Virus record (IMG/VR): IMGVR_UViG_3300032242_000723
Span: 269,116 to 333,115 of that record
Strand: one strand, 5' to 3'
DNA: 64,000 bases
Shown: one piece after another, positions 36,177-46,766 of the stretch
Position numbering within the stretch: position 1 is the stretch's first letter
Layout of the letters: each line of letters opens with the position of its first letter
Notes under the pieces: generated by a model
What the model was told of the DNA's origin: nothing
Database searches by the model: none
What the model saw: only the letters and a program-made list of their open reading frames with translations
Program-made: the position numbers and the translations under genes

Positions 36177-36661
36177 CGAACGCAACTAAACTTGATCAGT
36201 TCTTTACCAGAGAGATTAACGCCGACCTGCGTGATGTATTGATCACTTGTGACAGGTTAGTCAAATATTCTTTGTTCGGTAAATACACCATTGCCCCTAC
36301 AAATGATGAATATTACAAAGTAACTATATCAGGATCCGAATCATCATATGAGTTTGCGTTGTTAAAGAACGCATTGACTTGGTGTGTATTCCGAAACTCT
36401 TCAAAACAACGTGAGGCCAGCAAGATTCAACTGCTTGACATGAAGTTATGTGGCATCGACGTTGACTTAGCTGTTCATAGACGCAAGCTAAAACTAGCAA
36501 CAGATTCATTCACTAAAGACATCTATATCATCAAGGTACAAGAAGATACTATCAAGCGAAAGCAAATCGTCGCTGAAATCAATTCTTATATAAATAATTC
36601 AAGACAGATACAGGTTAAGAAGTTCACTGGCAAGAATAAGATGAATTTTAAATATCTGTGA
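36173..36661 (+). CDS. hypothetical protein
   Basis: 162-aa coupled ORF. Confidence 0.65.
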   Translation: MTNATKLDQFFTREINADLRDVLITCDRLVKYSLFGKYTIAPTNDEYYKVTISGSESSYEFALLKNALTWCVFRNSSKQREASKIQLLDMKLCGIDVDLAVHRRKLKLATDSFTKDIYIIKVQEDTIKRKQIVAEINSYINNSRQIQVKKFTGKNKMNFKYL

Positions 36662-36694
36662 TAAATACTACATCAACACGGAAGAGTAACACCT

Positions 36695-37393
36695 ATGAAA
36701 CTAAATGATTTTGACAAGAAGAACGTCGCAGCTAAGGCTCTGAGAGAGTCATTCGCTATGAATTTTGATGTAACTAACCTAGATCGTCCTAAGACTCGGG
36801 CAATGCTCACTAAAGTCAATGGATTAATCAATGAATCAAAAAGATCACCTGACTTTCATAAGGCTCAGAACAATCCAACTTACATGAAGTTAAAGTTTAT
36901 GGAGCAAGTTCTAGCACAACATTTGCGTATCGCAAAGACTCCTCGCATCGTGTTTGAAAATGAAGAAGTAGAAAAGTCACAAGTCATTCTTGCTGCACAA
37001 GATATGGTTGATTCTATTCAGAAGTATTACGAAGATGTAAACGACATGCTCGTTAAAGAACTTCCTGCTCTTGTTGATTCAATTCAATCAGAGATCGGTG
37101 CTAACGAGAGTCAAGCATACGAGCAACAAGCTGGCGAAACATTAACTGCACTCAACACCGCCCTTCAAGAAGCAAAGACCAAAATGACAGCGGCATTAGG
37201 CGGGTTGACTGGTCAGGGTGGAATGGATGCATTCGGCGGACCTCCTGAAATGGGTGGCGAAGATGATTTGGGTGGCATGGGTTCCGAAGATGATTTGGGT
37301 GGCATGGATGACATGGGCGGCGAAGAGCTTCCTCCGATGCCTGAAGAAGAGCCTGATATGGGTTTAGGTAGCGTCGGTCGCGCAAAGAGATAA
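36695..37393 (+). CDS. helical late protein, candidate scaffold/internal head protein
   Basis: TAAATA 36662; coiled coils; G/M/D-rich tail with gaagatgatttgggtggcatgg repeated at 37259 and 37286. Confidence 0.6.
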   Translation: MKLNDFDKKNVAAKALRESFAMNFDVTNLDRPKTRAMLTKVNGLINESKRSPDFHKAQNNPTYMKLKFMEQVLAQHLRIAKTPRIVFENEEVEKSQVILAAQDMVDSIQKYYEDVNDMLVKELPALVDSIQSEIGANESQAYEQQAGETLTALNTALQEAKTKMTAALGGLTGQGGMDAFGGPPEMGGEDDLGGMGSEDDLGGMDDMGGEELPPMPEEEPDMGLGSVGRAKR

Positions 37394-37395
37394 TA

Positions 37396-37728
37396 ATGCG
37401 TCTCTTTGAATTTGATCAGGAAAAAGCTCAGGTAACTCAGATCGTTGCTTTAATAAATCAGTTAAAGCAGGATATTGAGGATGGAGACATCGATCCTCAA
37501 GATTATACCGTTGACGAGCTACTTGACTATTTTCAAATGTATGACATCATATTAGATGTAAACGATCTATACAACATGATTAAAGTGCCTCCGCTTAAGG
37601 ACCTTATCAAAAACATTCAAGGTGATAAGGTATTATTTGTTGGTCAAGGCGAAGAAGACGCCCTCGACGCACCAGAAGATGAGCAAGAAAAAGTCGTTGC
37701 TAAGATGGCTAAATCTGCAATGAAGTAA
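37396..37728 (+). CDS. hypothetical acidic protein
   Basis: MRLFEFDQE N-terminus; 110 aa. Confidence 0.65.
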   Translation: MRLFEFDQEKAQVTQIVALINQLKQDIEDGDIDPQDYTVDELLDYFQMYDIILDVNDLYNMIKVPPLKDLIKNIQGDKVLFVGQGEEDALDAPEDEQEKVVAKMAKSAMK

Positions 37729-37737
37729 CCATATCTG

Positions 37738-37766
37738 TTGACATATGATCGCTACTGTAGTAACAT
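37738..37766 (+). promoter_or_regulatory. sigma70-type promoter, 6 nt before ATG 37773
   Basis: TTGACA-N17-TAACAT-gcaact-ATG. Confidence 0.65.
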
Positions 37767-37772
37767 GCAACT

Positions 37773-38489
37773 ATGTCAATAACCAATAAGTTTCCCTATA
37801 AAGAAATGAGTAAGGTATCCGTCGACGGTAAACGACGGTACCTCACTCCAGATGGGCTCAAAGTCCCTAGTGTAACGACTATCCTAGACTCGACTAAATC
37901 AGAAGAATCTAAGCAAGCTCTGCAAAACTGGCGTAATAGCATAGGACACAAAAAAGCTGCTGAAATCACAACTGAAGCAGCAGGCCGTGGCACTCGTATG
38001 CACAAGTGGATTGAAAACTACATCAAAGATGATGTCATCGGAGATCCAGGTAGCAATCCTTACAGTCAAACAAGTCACATGATGGCTAAGCAGATTATTG
38101 AAAAGGGTTTAGTGAACTGTGACGAGTATTGGGGCACAGAGGTTTCATTACATTTCCCTGAAGTCTATGCGGGTACGACTGATCTATGTGGTGTTCATGC
38201 TGGCGCAGAAGCAATCATGGACCATAAACAATCAAACAAGCCAAAGAAGCGTGAGTGGATTGACGATTACTTTGTTCAAACTGCTGCATATGCTATTGCA
38301 CATAATGAAGTGTTTAATACAAAGATACGCAAGGGCGTTATCTTTATGTGTGTCCCTCCTACTCAAGCAATAGATCACACTTGGTCAACTCCTCAATATT
38401 TAGAGTTCATCATTGAAGGTAATGAGTTTGACAAGTATGAAAACTTATGGTGGAAACGGTTAGAAGCCTACTATAGCAAACTCGTTTAA
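37773..38489 (+). CDS. PD-(D/E)XK exonuclease
   Basis: PSVTTIL, GTRMH, YAGTTDL, MDHKQS, QTAAY. Confidence 0.85.
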   Translation: MSITNKFPYKEMSKVSVDGKRRYLTPDGLKVPSVTTILDSTKSEESKQALQNWRNSIGHKKAAEITTEAAGRGTRMHKWIENYIKDDVIGDPGSNPYSQTSHMMAKQIIEKGLVNCDEYWGTEVSLHFPEVYAGTTDLCGVHAGAEAIMDHKQSNKPKKREWIDDYFVQTAAYAIAHNEVFNTKIRKGVIFMCVPPTQAIDHTWSTPQYLEFIIEGNEFDKYENLWWKRLEAYYSKLV

Positions 38490-38541
38490 GGGTTTCACAA
38501 CATCAAGTGATAAATAACTGTAACAACAGGTAATATCACTT

Positions 38542-40773
38542 ATGGCAATTATCCAGATTTCAAAATTACAAGCCCGATCAGGTAATCTAGTAGACCTACC
38601 TCAACTAGATGAAGCTGAGTTTGCCTGGGCATCAGATGACAAAAGACTGTTCATCGGTAAAACAACACCAAATGAAAACATCGAAGTTCTAACTGGCTAT
38701 TCAAATATTAGCTTTAGTCAGATTACAGGTTCAGTTGGTAACCTTAATATTAATCCTGTAACACTCGCTGACGGGCAAGCACTAATATATGACGGGACCA
38801 ATTGGGTAAATCGTGGCGGCGATGTCGGAGGCTTAATCAATCTAGGCAATGTTGCTAATATAAAGATCACCGGTCAAGCTGGTATTGGTTATGTGCTTCA
38901 GACAGACGGTCTAGGTAATCTATCTTGGACACCAAAAGGTGCGTTATATACCCCTATCGTCAACCTAACTAACAATACATCTGGCAATGTCATTACGATG
39001 AAGGTTGCCAACACAACGCCATATACTAACAAACAGTTAGTTACGATCAGCGGCGGCGTAATCGCAAATGCATCAGCTTCCGGCAATATAAACGGAAAAT
39101 CATTCTATGTTAAGTTGGCTACTGATTACGCATCAACTGGAAATGTAACTCTATATACTGATCTACTATTAACCACGACAGCTAACGGTGCCGGACTGAC
39201 ATCATATACTGCTAACTCAGGTGTAGCGACTGCTAGTTTAGGTTCAGGTTCAGGTACAGCAACTGCTGGCGGAACTAATACTATGGTTCAGTTTAACAAT
39301 ACTACATTGTTAGATGGTAGTTCAGACTTCACCTGGGATTTTGGTGCAGCTAAAGTTCTTACTGTTGTCGGCAACGCCAACGTAACCAATCTAAATGCAA
39401 CTGGCGTGGGTACGGCTACTCGCTTTATTTCTAACATTGCTACTGGCACTACTCCTCTTCAAGTCGTTTCTACTACTCGTGTTGCAAATCTAAACGTTGC
39501 AAACGCTGGCTATTCAGATATCGCAGGTACAGTAACGACTAATGCTCAGCCAAATATCACTTCAGTTGGATCATTATCTTCACTCACTGTAACTGGCAAT
39601 GCAAATGTTGGTAATGTAGGTACTGCACAAGTTCTCGCAACTGCAAACGTCATCTCACCTCAACTGATCTCTAATATCACTACTGGAACTGCTCCGTTTG
39701 TTGTCACTTCAACTACCCAAGTGGCAAACCTAAATGTAGCAACTGCAGGCACTGTAACAACCAATGCTCAACCAAATATCACAAGTGTTGGTACTCTAAC
39801 TGGATTGGGAGTCAATGGTACTATAACAGCAGTCAATATCACCGCAAATACAGGTGTATTCACTGGTAATGGCAATGGATTAAGTTCCATTGTTGGTGCA
39901 AATGTAACTGGAACTGTAACAAGTGCAACTAACGCATCTGCACTATTACAAAACACGTCAACAGCGACTACAGTTTACCCGACATTTACTACTTCAAGTG
40001 CGAATGGTAACTCATCTGCGGTAATCAATACTTCTATTAGTGCGAATTTAAGTAATGCCTCAATTACAGCTACGACTTTTGTTGGTGCTTTATCTGGTGC
40101 TGCAACAACAGCGGGGACAGTAACCACTAACGCACAACCAAATATCACAAGTGTTGGTACTCTCAGTGCATTAACAGTAACTGCAAATGTCGCAACAGGC
40201 GGAATCAAGACTGACAACTATTATTACGCAAACGGTGTATCAATCAGCTTTGCAGGATCATATAGTAACTCTAATGTAGCTGCTTATTTACCAACCTTTA
40301 CAGGCACTGTGGGAGCAACTGCTCTTACTACAGGTGCAAACACTACAGTAGGCACGATTACTGGTAACTGGGGACTAAGCACTGGTTCTAAGCTAACTGC
40401 AACCTACGCTGACTTAGCAGAATATTATACAGCCGATGCTACATATCTACCGGGCACAGTTCTTGCATTCGGTGGTGATCAAGAAGTAACACTTGCATTA
40501 AATGAAACAAACAAAGTTGCAGGGGTGGTAACTACAAATCCAGCATTCGTGATGAATGAAACTTGCAAAGGTCCTGCTGTAGCGATTGCTCTTCAAGGAC
40601 GTGTACCATGCAAAGTTACAGGCACTATTCACAAGGGTGACATGATGGTCAGTGCAGGAAACGGTTATGCGAAAGCATCGGAATCACCGGCAATCGGAAC
40701 TGTTATCGGCAAATCATTAGAAAACTTCGACGGCATTGATGGTATCATTGAAGTCGCAATCGGCAAAACATAA
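38542..40773 (+). CDS. fibre-like virion protein with C-terminal autoproteolytic chaperone (peptidase G2-like) domain
   Basis: AGTVTTNAQPNITSVG x3; ADLAEYY...AGVVTTNPAFVMN...GRVPCKVTG...GKSLE tail. Confidence 0.7.
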   Translation: MAIIQISKLQARSGNLVDLPQLDEAEFAWASDDKRLFIGKTTPNENIEVLTGYSNISFSQITGSVGNLNINPVTLADGQALIYDGTNWVNRGGDVGGLINLGNVANIKITGQAGIGYVLQTDGLGNLSWTPKGALYTPIVNLTNNTSGNVITMKVANTTPYTNKQLVTISGGVIANASASGNINGKSFYVKLATDYASTGNVTLYTDLLLTTTANGAGLTSYTANSGVATASLGSGSGTATAGGTNTMVQFNNTTLLDGSSDFTWDFGAAKVLTVVGNANVTNLNATGVGTATRFISNIATGTTPLQVVSTTRVANLNVANAGYSDIAGTVTTNAQPNITSVGSLSSLTVTGNANVGNVGTAQVLATANVISPQLISNITTGTAPFVVTSTTQVANLNVATAGTVTTNAQPNITSVGTLTGLGVNGTITAVNITANTGVFTGNGNGLSSIVGANVTGTVTSATNASALLQNTSTATTVYPTFTTSSANGNSSAVINTSISANLSNASITATTFVGALSGAATTAGTVTTNAQPNITSVGTLSALTVTANVATGGIKTDNYYYANGVSISFAGSYSNSNVAAYLPTFTGTVGATALTTGANTTVGTITGNWGLSTGSKLTATYADLAEYYTADATYLPGTVLAFGGDQEVTLALNETNKVAGVVTTNPAFVMNETCKGPAVAIALQGRVPCKVTGTIHKGDMMVSAGNGYAKASESPAIGTVIGKSLENFDGIDGIIEVAIGKT

Positions 40774-40784
40774 GGAATAATAAC

Positions 40785-41342
40785 ATGGCTTCATACGTTT
40801 ATACAGCATCAGGTTCGGTAGCAGCATCTGCAAACATCGCAACTGATAAGGTCAGAATCGCTACCACATCTGGTCCGATTCACTTTACTACGAGTTTTCC
40901 AAACGTTGCAATAACTGGTACGATAACCTGTGCTACCAACAGCAAAACAGTAACTGGCGTAGGTACTTCATTTACCACTGAGTTAGCAATCGGTACTTGG
41001 TTAGGGAATACGACAGGAAGTAATGTTGGCATCGTCGCAGCAATCGCAAACAACACAAGCCTTACTTTAGTTGCAAATGCTGCGGTAGCAATCTCAGGCG
41101 CTGCTGCCAGATATAATCCATATGGCGTTCCATATACTGTTGCTACAACTAGCAGTGAAATCATTCCAGCTAGTACATTAGAAAACAGCATCACAGTTGG
41201 TCAAGGCAACATTGTATCATATCTCAATGTGACTGGTGCAACTGCTGCACCGTTTAGCATCACTGAACTTGGTATGCCTCACCCAAATAGTGGTGCATCA
41301 GGCTTCCCATCTACACCAGCGAATGGCGGACCTAGCAGCTAA
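40785..41342 (+). CDS. putative virion structural protein
   Basis: T/A/G-rich, AAGGA RBS. Confidence 0.6.
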   Translation: MASYVYTASGSVAASANIATDKVRIATTSGPIHFTTSFPNVAITGTITCATNSKTVTGVGTSFTTELAIGTWLGNTTGSNVGIVAAIANNTSLTLVANAAVAISGAAARYNPYGVPYTVATTSSEIIPASTLENSITVGQGNIVSYLNVTGATAAPFSITELGMPHPNSGASGFPSTPANGGPSS

Positions 41343-41449
41343 AAAACGCTCCTGTTTGATAAATAGATTCATACGCTCTCGCTCGGAGAGTTTATGCAGT
41401 TTAACCCACTGCGTAGCAAGTAGACCTTGCACCAAACAGGAGAAAACAA

Positions 41450-42817
41450 ATGGGTCGTCCTCTAAAAATCGCAAAAGCACAAGCCGTGCTTACTATCACT
41501 GATACCAATACAAATGGTACTGTGACTGTCACACAAAATCTAACTACTGAACCAACCGTTGGCGTAGCTGAATGGATGAAGTTCACTGTAGCAACTACAG
41601 TCGGTGGTCTAACCGCAGGTCAAACTTACTACATTCTTGCTATTACTGGTAATAACACATTCACTGTCTCATCAACACAAAAAAGCGTTCAACCACAAGT
41701 TAGCCCAACATTATCTACTACTACAGGTGGTTCTGTTAGTGCAACTGTTAACGCTGTTGACATGTACTTCAACAATCCAGATGGTGGCACTGGTTATCCA
41801 GCAACTAACGCAAATACTTATTCAGTAGTCGGTGGTAACACTGCACTTTATGGTAAGCAAGTTCTTTGTAACGTAGCATTCGGTGTCAATGGAACTGGTA
41901 CTGTATTTGCTAATGCAAGTAGCAACATCGTAGTTGGTCTTGGTACTGACTTCGCGAATCTTGCAACTGGTACAATACTATTTTCAACTGGTACGGACGG
42001 CACCGTGACTCTTCTCGGTACAGGCACTGCAACTAAGGGCAATCTAACAGTTGCACTAGCTAACTCTGCTGCAAACGGTACTATCGGTACTTCAGGAAAT
42101 GCACAGACACTATCAGTCAACACTCCGGTTGTATTTAACAGCACATTCGGTGGCAACATCACGTCTGGTACTACTTATTATGTTAAGGCTATCGCTAACG
42201 CAGCCGCATTCACTGTATCAACTACAGTTGGTGGTGCAACTTTAGCATTGAGTGCAAACGCTTCTGTAACTGGTAATGCGATTCAAAATCGTGTTGTTCT
42301 TGGTGCTGTATCTTCAAACGATGCTAGTGCAAATGCATTTGTTCAAGCACTTCCAGAAGCAGGCTATATTGTCCGTCAAAAGGGCAAGACAAAGTATCTC
42401 GTAACTGGCACAACAACGGCTATTACTGGTGCGGTTTATACTGCTAACGTCGCAAACACTGCGTTGACACCAAACACAATGTCAATCATTGCAACTAACG
42501 CGGCATCTGGTACACAGTATATTTCAAGCGTGAATGATCATAGTTCACAACTATTCCCAGCAACTGTTGCTCCTGGTTCATTAGTAACTGGTACTGTATA
42601 TACAATCTACAGTGCAGGTACTACCAACTGGACATCAGTTGGTGCAGCCGCAAACATCACTGGTGTCACATTCGCTGCTACTGGTACTGCTTCTGGTACA
42701 GGTTTAGCAGTGTTGAGTACTGTTAACCCGGATGTTATTTCTTCATTCAACACAGCCGCTGTTGCGAATGCTGCAAATGGTCAGCCAAACCCAATCGTCA
42801 CTATCAACAACGCATAA
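41450..42817 (+). CDS. putative virion structural protein
   Basis: T/A/G/N-rich 455 aa; TAAATA 41360, AGGAG RBS. Confidence 0.65.
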   Translation: MGRPLKIAKAQAVLTITDTNTNGTVTVTQNLTTEPTVGVAEWMKFTVATTVGGLTAGQTYYILAITGNNTFTVSSTQKSVQPQVSPTLSTTTGGSVSATVNAVDMYFNNPDGGTGYPATNANTYSVVGGNTALYGKQVLCNVAFGVNGTGTVFANASSNIVVGLGTDFANLATGTILFSTGTDGTVTLLGTGTATKGNLTVALANSAANGTIGTSGNAQTLSVNTPVVFNSTFGGNITSGTTYYVKAIANAAAFTVSTTVGGATLALSANASVTGNAIQNRVVLGAVSSNDASANAFVQALPEAGYIVRQKGKTKYLVTGTTTAITGAVYTANVANTALTPNTMSIIATNAASGTQYISSVNDHSSQLFPATVAPGSLVTGTVYTIYSAGTTNWTSVGAAANITGVTFAATGTASGTGLAVLSTVNPDVISSFNTAAVANAANGQPNPIVTINNA

Positions 42818-42828
42818 GGATTATTGGT

Positions 42829-43152
42829 ATGGTTCAGCCTTCTTCCATTAGACAAATCAAGCAGACTGAAACCGACGTTGCAGTCCTTCAGGTACAGTAT
42901 AAGAACATCGAAGAAAAAGTTGATGATCTAAAAACTGACCTGAAGGACTTGCGAACACACCTAGATACTCATAATGAAGCCACGCATAATCTTATTAAAG
43001 AATATCAAAAAGATAATGTGACTGCACACAAGGCAATGGATACTAAGATTTCCGTGCTAGAAAAGTGGAGATGGATGATTATGGGTGCTGGGGTATTAGC
43101 AGGTGCAATAGGTTTTCCTGTGATAGAAAAACTATTAGGTATGGTTCATTAA
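42829..43152 (+). CDS. coiled-coil protein with C-terminal transmembrane helix (holin/XhlA-like?)
   Basis: Heptad region followed by WRWMIMGAGVLAGAIGF. Confidence 0.5.
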   Translation: MVQPSSIRQIKQTETDVAVLQVQYKNIEEKVDDLKTDLKDLRTHLDTHNEATHNLIKEYQKDNVTAHKAMDTKISVLEKWRWMIMGAGVLAGAIGFPVIEKLLGMVH

Positions 43153-43556
43153 GTATTAGTTAACGATTTGAGTTTCTCTATCACTATATCGATATTAACA
43201 GTGGAGAACAAGCCGGGATGTAAGGGTTTAGGATAGTTATCTTTTCCGACCCAAGCATACCCGACATGTTCTCCATTTAGTTTTGGAATAAACTCTTCTT
43301 CAACTTGACAGAAGAAGGTATGATAAGTGAATGTATTGTTCACAAACTTCTGAATCGGAATCAACTTCCAATCATTGTCAAATAATCCCATCTCTTCATT
43401 GCATTCACGCTCAATGCCATCATACAATGTTTCATCATCTTCTATCCCGCCACCAGGCATACTCCATGTTGGGCTTTTTGAATCCGCCCTGAGTAGATAA
43501 AGATAACGATTTGTTGAGGAGCTATAGAAGAATACTCCTGCTGCGGTTGATGACAT
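43149..43556 (-). CDS. Nudix hydrolase
   Basis: Nudix box GGIEDDETLYDGIERECNEEMG. Confidence 0.92.
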   Translation of the reverse strand: MSSTAAGVFFYSSSTNRYLYLLRADSKSPTWSMPGGGIEDDETLYDGIERECNEEMGLFDNDWKLIPIQKFVNNTFTYHTFFCQVEEEFIPKLNGEHVGYAWVGKDNYPKPLHPGLFSTVNIDIVIEKLKSLTNT

Positions 43557-44932
43557 TAGATTACGATGCTGTAGTCGCCCTGATCATACCAGCCCTCATA
43601 TGATTTTCTCCACATGCCATCAGTATTTATAAAACGATATTGAACCTGAGTGGTGAGATTGGTTACGAACTCTACCGTAGTAGCAGTCTGTGCATTAAAC
43701 GACACTACCCATTTCGCTAATGAAGCATTATATTCAATGATGTCGTTCGCGTAAGCAACTAATCCACCCCATGCAACAGTAGTATCACCTGTATGTCCGA
43801 TGTCTTCTACGATAAGATATCTTTTGCCAGGAGTGGGACCAGGTAAGCCCGCATTAGGTCCGGTCAACAGTGGATTAATCACGCTATCAACCGGTGGAAG
43901 TGTATTTTGAGGCAATGTATCAGGATCAATATTGTAGATCAAAAAGCGATCATCGTTTGGATCAGGAACAATCGTACCTACAATGTCGTCTGGCATATAA
44001 GGATTCTGTAGCCAAATCTGAGAGATACCGGGCTTAACATTACCGTACACATTGAGCAATGCTGACCAGTATAGGTTCGTTTCAGGGCTATTGGGAAGAA
44101 CTAATGCTTCATTAGACGGGAAGAATGGTTCGTTTGCCGGTAGTAACTGTAGCTGATTACCTAACAATAGTACCTTATATCCATATGGAGTGATCTTTTG
44201 TCTTGTACCTAATAATAGATCCTCATCTTGTACATCCTGTAGTGCAGCACCTTTGTATATAGATGCAATGATCTTTTGAATCACGCCCATCTTCTTTAGT
44301 TTTGATGCTGCCGAAATCCAGATAGGCATGTAAAACTTCCAAGTCATTACATCAATAGGATTACCTGATCCTTGTGGGATTGATCTACTTGAGAAAGTTA
44401 ATCCATCTTGGAATACAACAGACAACGAAGTCCAGTCAACATAGTTATCAGTGCTTTGAATCTCAAGTGCAGGATTGAATAGTGTACCAAGTTGTTCAAT
44501 CAACTCAAGTTTTTGTTGATAGTTGGTAGTCCAAAAGTCAACAGTTACTCTAAGTGTATACGGAACTGGCATTAGTCTTTCAATAGTAAATGCTTGTCCT
44601 TGTGTAGTTTCATAATCACCAGTCTCAGGATTCAATGCTCGTTGTCTCACATTGATCTTGTCAACGAACCAAGGATCCTGTGTTCTCTTTTGATCATACT
44701 CAATTCCAGATACATAATATGTAATCATTGGAGCAGATGGCAAGTTGCTCGCACTGTTGTTAGCAAGAATAGTTGCGGCCTGACGACTACTGTCACCATA
44801 CATGATAGGTACACGCATCAATATCTCATTACCGTTTGGATCTTTGCCCTTGGTTACTTGCCAGGAACTAAAGATTTTCGCGAACTGGATCAGAAAACGA
44901 CGGATCTGATTATCATAAAAAAAGTCGGCCAA
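43556..44932 (-). CDS. tail terminator/sheath stabiliser (T4 gp15-like) with C-terminal extension
   Basis: FFYDNQIRRFLIQFAKIFS resembles gp15 N-terminus; VPIMYGD, MPVPYTL. Confidence 0.7.
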   Translation of the reverse strand: MADFFYDNQIRRFLIQFAKIFSSWQVTKGKDPNGNEILMRVPIMYGDSSRQAATILANNSASNLPSAPMITYYVSGIEYDQKRTQDPWFVDKINVRQRALNPETGDYETTQGQAFTIERLMPVPYTLRVTVDFWTTNYQQKLELIEQLGTLFNPALEIQSTDNYVDWTSLSVVFQDGLTFSSRSIPQGSGNPIDVMTWKFYMPIWISAASKLKKMGVIQKIIASIYKGAALQDVQDEDLLLGTRQKITPYGYKVLLLGNQLQLLPANEPFFPSNEALVLPNSPETNLYWSALLNVYGNVKPGISQIWLQNPYMPDDIVGTIVPDPNDDRFLIYNIDPDTLPQNTLPPVDSVINPLLTGPNAGLPGPTPGKRYLIVEDIGHTGDTTVAWGGLVAYANDIIEYNASLAKWVVSFNAQTATTVEFVTNLTTQVQYRFINTDGMWRKSYEGWYDQGDYSIVI

Positions 44933-44944
44933 GGTGTGTCTTTC

Positions 44945-46666
44945 TTATACTACTGGAGGCAATGTATCTGGCTTCGGAGATAACACAGATGATAGTGGTT
45001 GAAGCTGCGGTACTGCTGTTCCACTGCTATTTAGATAGATTTCCTTATCGTTATTTATAAAGCTATTCATCTGCGACTGGTTAGCGACAGAATTGAATCC
45101 AGTTTGTGTTCTAACCTTCTCAGAGATACGAACCCACATCTTGCCGTCCCAACGATATAATATCTGCGGAAGATAATCAATGCGTAAGAAGTAATCTCCA
45201 ACTTGCGGACTTGCAGGGAAAGCAATACCAGCACCAGTTGGGAAACCATTTGGAGCTTGTCCATCACCAGTAGCATATCCAGTAGAGTAACCAAATGATC
45301 TTGGGCTTGAGCGAGCGATAAACTGATATCCAGGAATACAGTCTGCACGATAGTCCATGTTGATCGTGACATCACCAACAAATCCAGGCTGTGTTGGGTC
45401 TTGGTCTGCTGTTGCATAAGTGTTATCTGCTGTACCATAAGGACCAACGATCATACCTAATGATTGAACTGCTAATATCTTTGTCGTTTCAACTGAACCT
45501 GAGCCACCATCTGTTCTTTGCGGAGCCTGTTCAATGATAGACAACTGAGTTTGCATAAACTTGTCAATCTTCTCATTGATGCCAACCGAGTCAACTGTCA
45601 TATCCCAGATGCTTGATAGAGCCTGTTTGCTGATCTTGATTCCCGCTGCTGGATTTCTATAGCGTGGGTCACGAATCATTACAACCGAACCAGTAGCAGA
45701 TGGAGTAGATGCATATGGATTGCTATTGATACCAATAGGAGGTGCAGGCTGATTATACTTTTTAGACAGAACATTGTTTGATTCATACTCACCATATGTA
45801 GGTACGATATACAACTTGCTCGTATCGTATCCAGATTGTGGAAGTAATCGTTCTGCTTCAGTAAGAGCGGCGTTATTGACCGCGATATTCTTATTATATG
45901 TTGACAAGATGTCAGCAAGACTACCATTATCAACTGCTACCCAGTATGTCATATTAGGTGGAGTAGTACCAACTGGTACCTCTATAAGTGATTCATAGAT
46001 TTTGCCACCATAGTTGACTGTGTAGCCGGGTGGATATGTCTTGTTAGGATCAAAGTCACCAAGATAGTTGTCTTGTTCAACTGGTGCGTTGAGGATGTCA
46101 CCGAACTCTTCACTGTTAACAAGTGGTTCGCACTTGATACGCCATAGATGAGGATACCATGTTTGAGTAAACCCTTCACTCGCATAGTTAGAATCAGTGA
46201 TCTGGTAGAAACGCTTTAATGCTGTTGGTAGTTTTTCATCTAGTGGATTGTAATCAAGCAAGTGAGGTAACTCAAGCACATCGCCAACCATTAACTTACG
46301 ACCAATGATGTCAATCATGTCGTTATAGTGAACTACGATAAAGATGATATCATTGTTTAGAAATAGACCAAACTGACTTAGGTCGAAATCAAGGTTTTGA
46401 ACGGAGTAGTGGCCTCTGAGTCTGTATATATTCTCATCATACTTACGGTCTCTGTTTTCAAGAAACAATAAATCCTGAATCTGAGTAGGATCGGGTTCTA
46501 AATATTGCGGCTGCGTAGCGTCAATAGATGGCCCTTGATTTGTTACGCCCGCATACTTGTGGATATACAAATCGGTGCCGCCGACCGTCAGCATCTCTGA
46601 GATCGTGCGATCTAGGAATCTGTAGTCGTCTTGCTTATTGGGTCTGTAAAGTGATAAACGAGGCAT
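44945..46666 (-). CDS. neck/head-closure protein (T4 gp14-like) with insertions
   Basis: ISEMLTVGGTDLYIHKY, LFLENRDRKYD, DLSQFGLFL, GDVLELP; ATG 46666 preceded by TAAATA-N5. Confidence 0.6.
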   Translation of the reverse strand: MPRLSLYRPNKQDDYRFLDRTISEMLTVGGTDLYIHKYAGVTNQGPSIDATQPQYLEPDPTQIQDLLFLENRDRKYDENIYRLRGHYSVQNLDFDLSQFGLFLNNDIIFIVVHYNDMIDIIGRKLMVGDVLELPHLLDYNPLDEKLPTALKRFYQITDSNYASEGFTQTWYPHLWRIKCEPLVNSEEFGDILNAPVEQDNYLGDFDPNKTYPPGYTVNYGGKIYESLIEVPVGTTPPNMTYWVAVDNGSLADILSTYNKNIAVNNAALTEAERLLPQSGYDTSKLYIVPTYGEYESNNVLSKKYNQPAPPIGINSNPYASTPSATGSVVMIRDPRYRNPAAGIKISKQALSSIWDMTVDSVGINEKIDKFMQTQLSIIEQAPQRTDGGSGSVETTKILAVQSLGMIVGPYGTADNTYATADQDPTQPGFVGDVTINMDYRADCIPGYQFIARSSPRSFGYSTGYATGDGQAPNGFPTGAGIAFPASPQVGDYFLRIDYLPQILYRWDGKMWVRISEKVRTQTGFNSVANQSQMNSFINNDKEIYLNSSGTAVPQLQPLSSVLSPKPDTLPPVV

Positions 46667-46671
46667 ATCTT

Positions 46672-46677
46672 TATTTA
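46672..46677 (-). promoter_or_regulatory. late promoter TAAATA (minus strand), 5 nt before ATG 46666
   Basis: Reverse complement reads gaTAAATA-aagat-ATG. Confidence 0.7.
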
Positions 46678-46701
46678 TCGTTATTTTTTGGATAATAGCA
46701 G

Positions 46702-46760
46702 TTGACAATGGTTACCCGTTTTGCTATATTGAATCATAGACAGACACACAAACAAGGAAG
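46702..46760 (+). promoter_or_regulatory. early promoter cassette, copy C
   Basis: TTGACA-N17(…tacccgttttgc)-TATATT-gaatcatagacagacacacaaacaaGGAAG. Confidence 0.85.
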
Positions 46761-46766
46761 ACTAAA

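Noticed and set aside
37259-37307. Short 22-bp direct repeat (27-bp period) as a regulatory or CRISPR-like repeat
   Set aside because: In-frame low-complexity coding duplication (EDDLGGM), only two copies.
37773-38489. Cas4-like nuclease suggesting a CRISPR system
   Set aside because: Generic phage PD-(D/E)XK exonuclease; no repeat-spacer array or other cas genes in the window.
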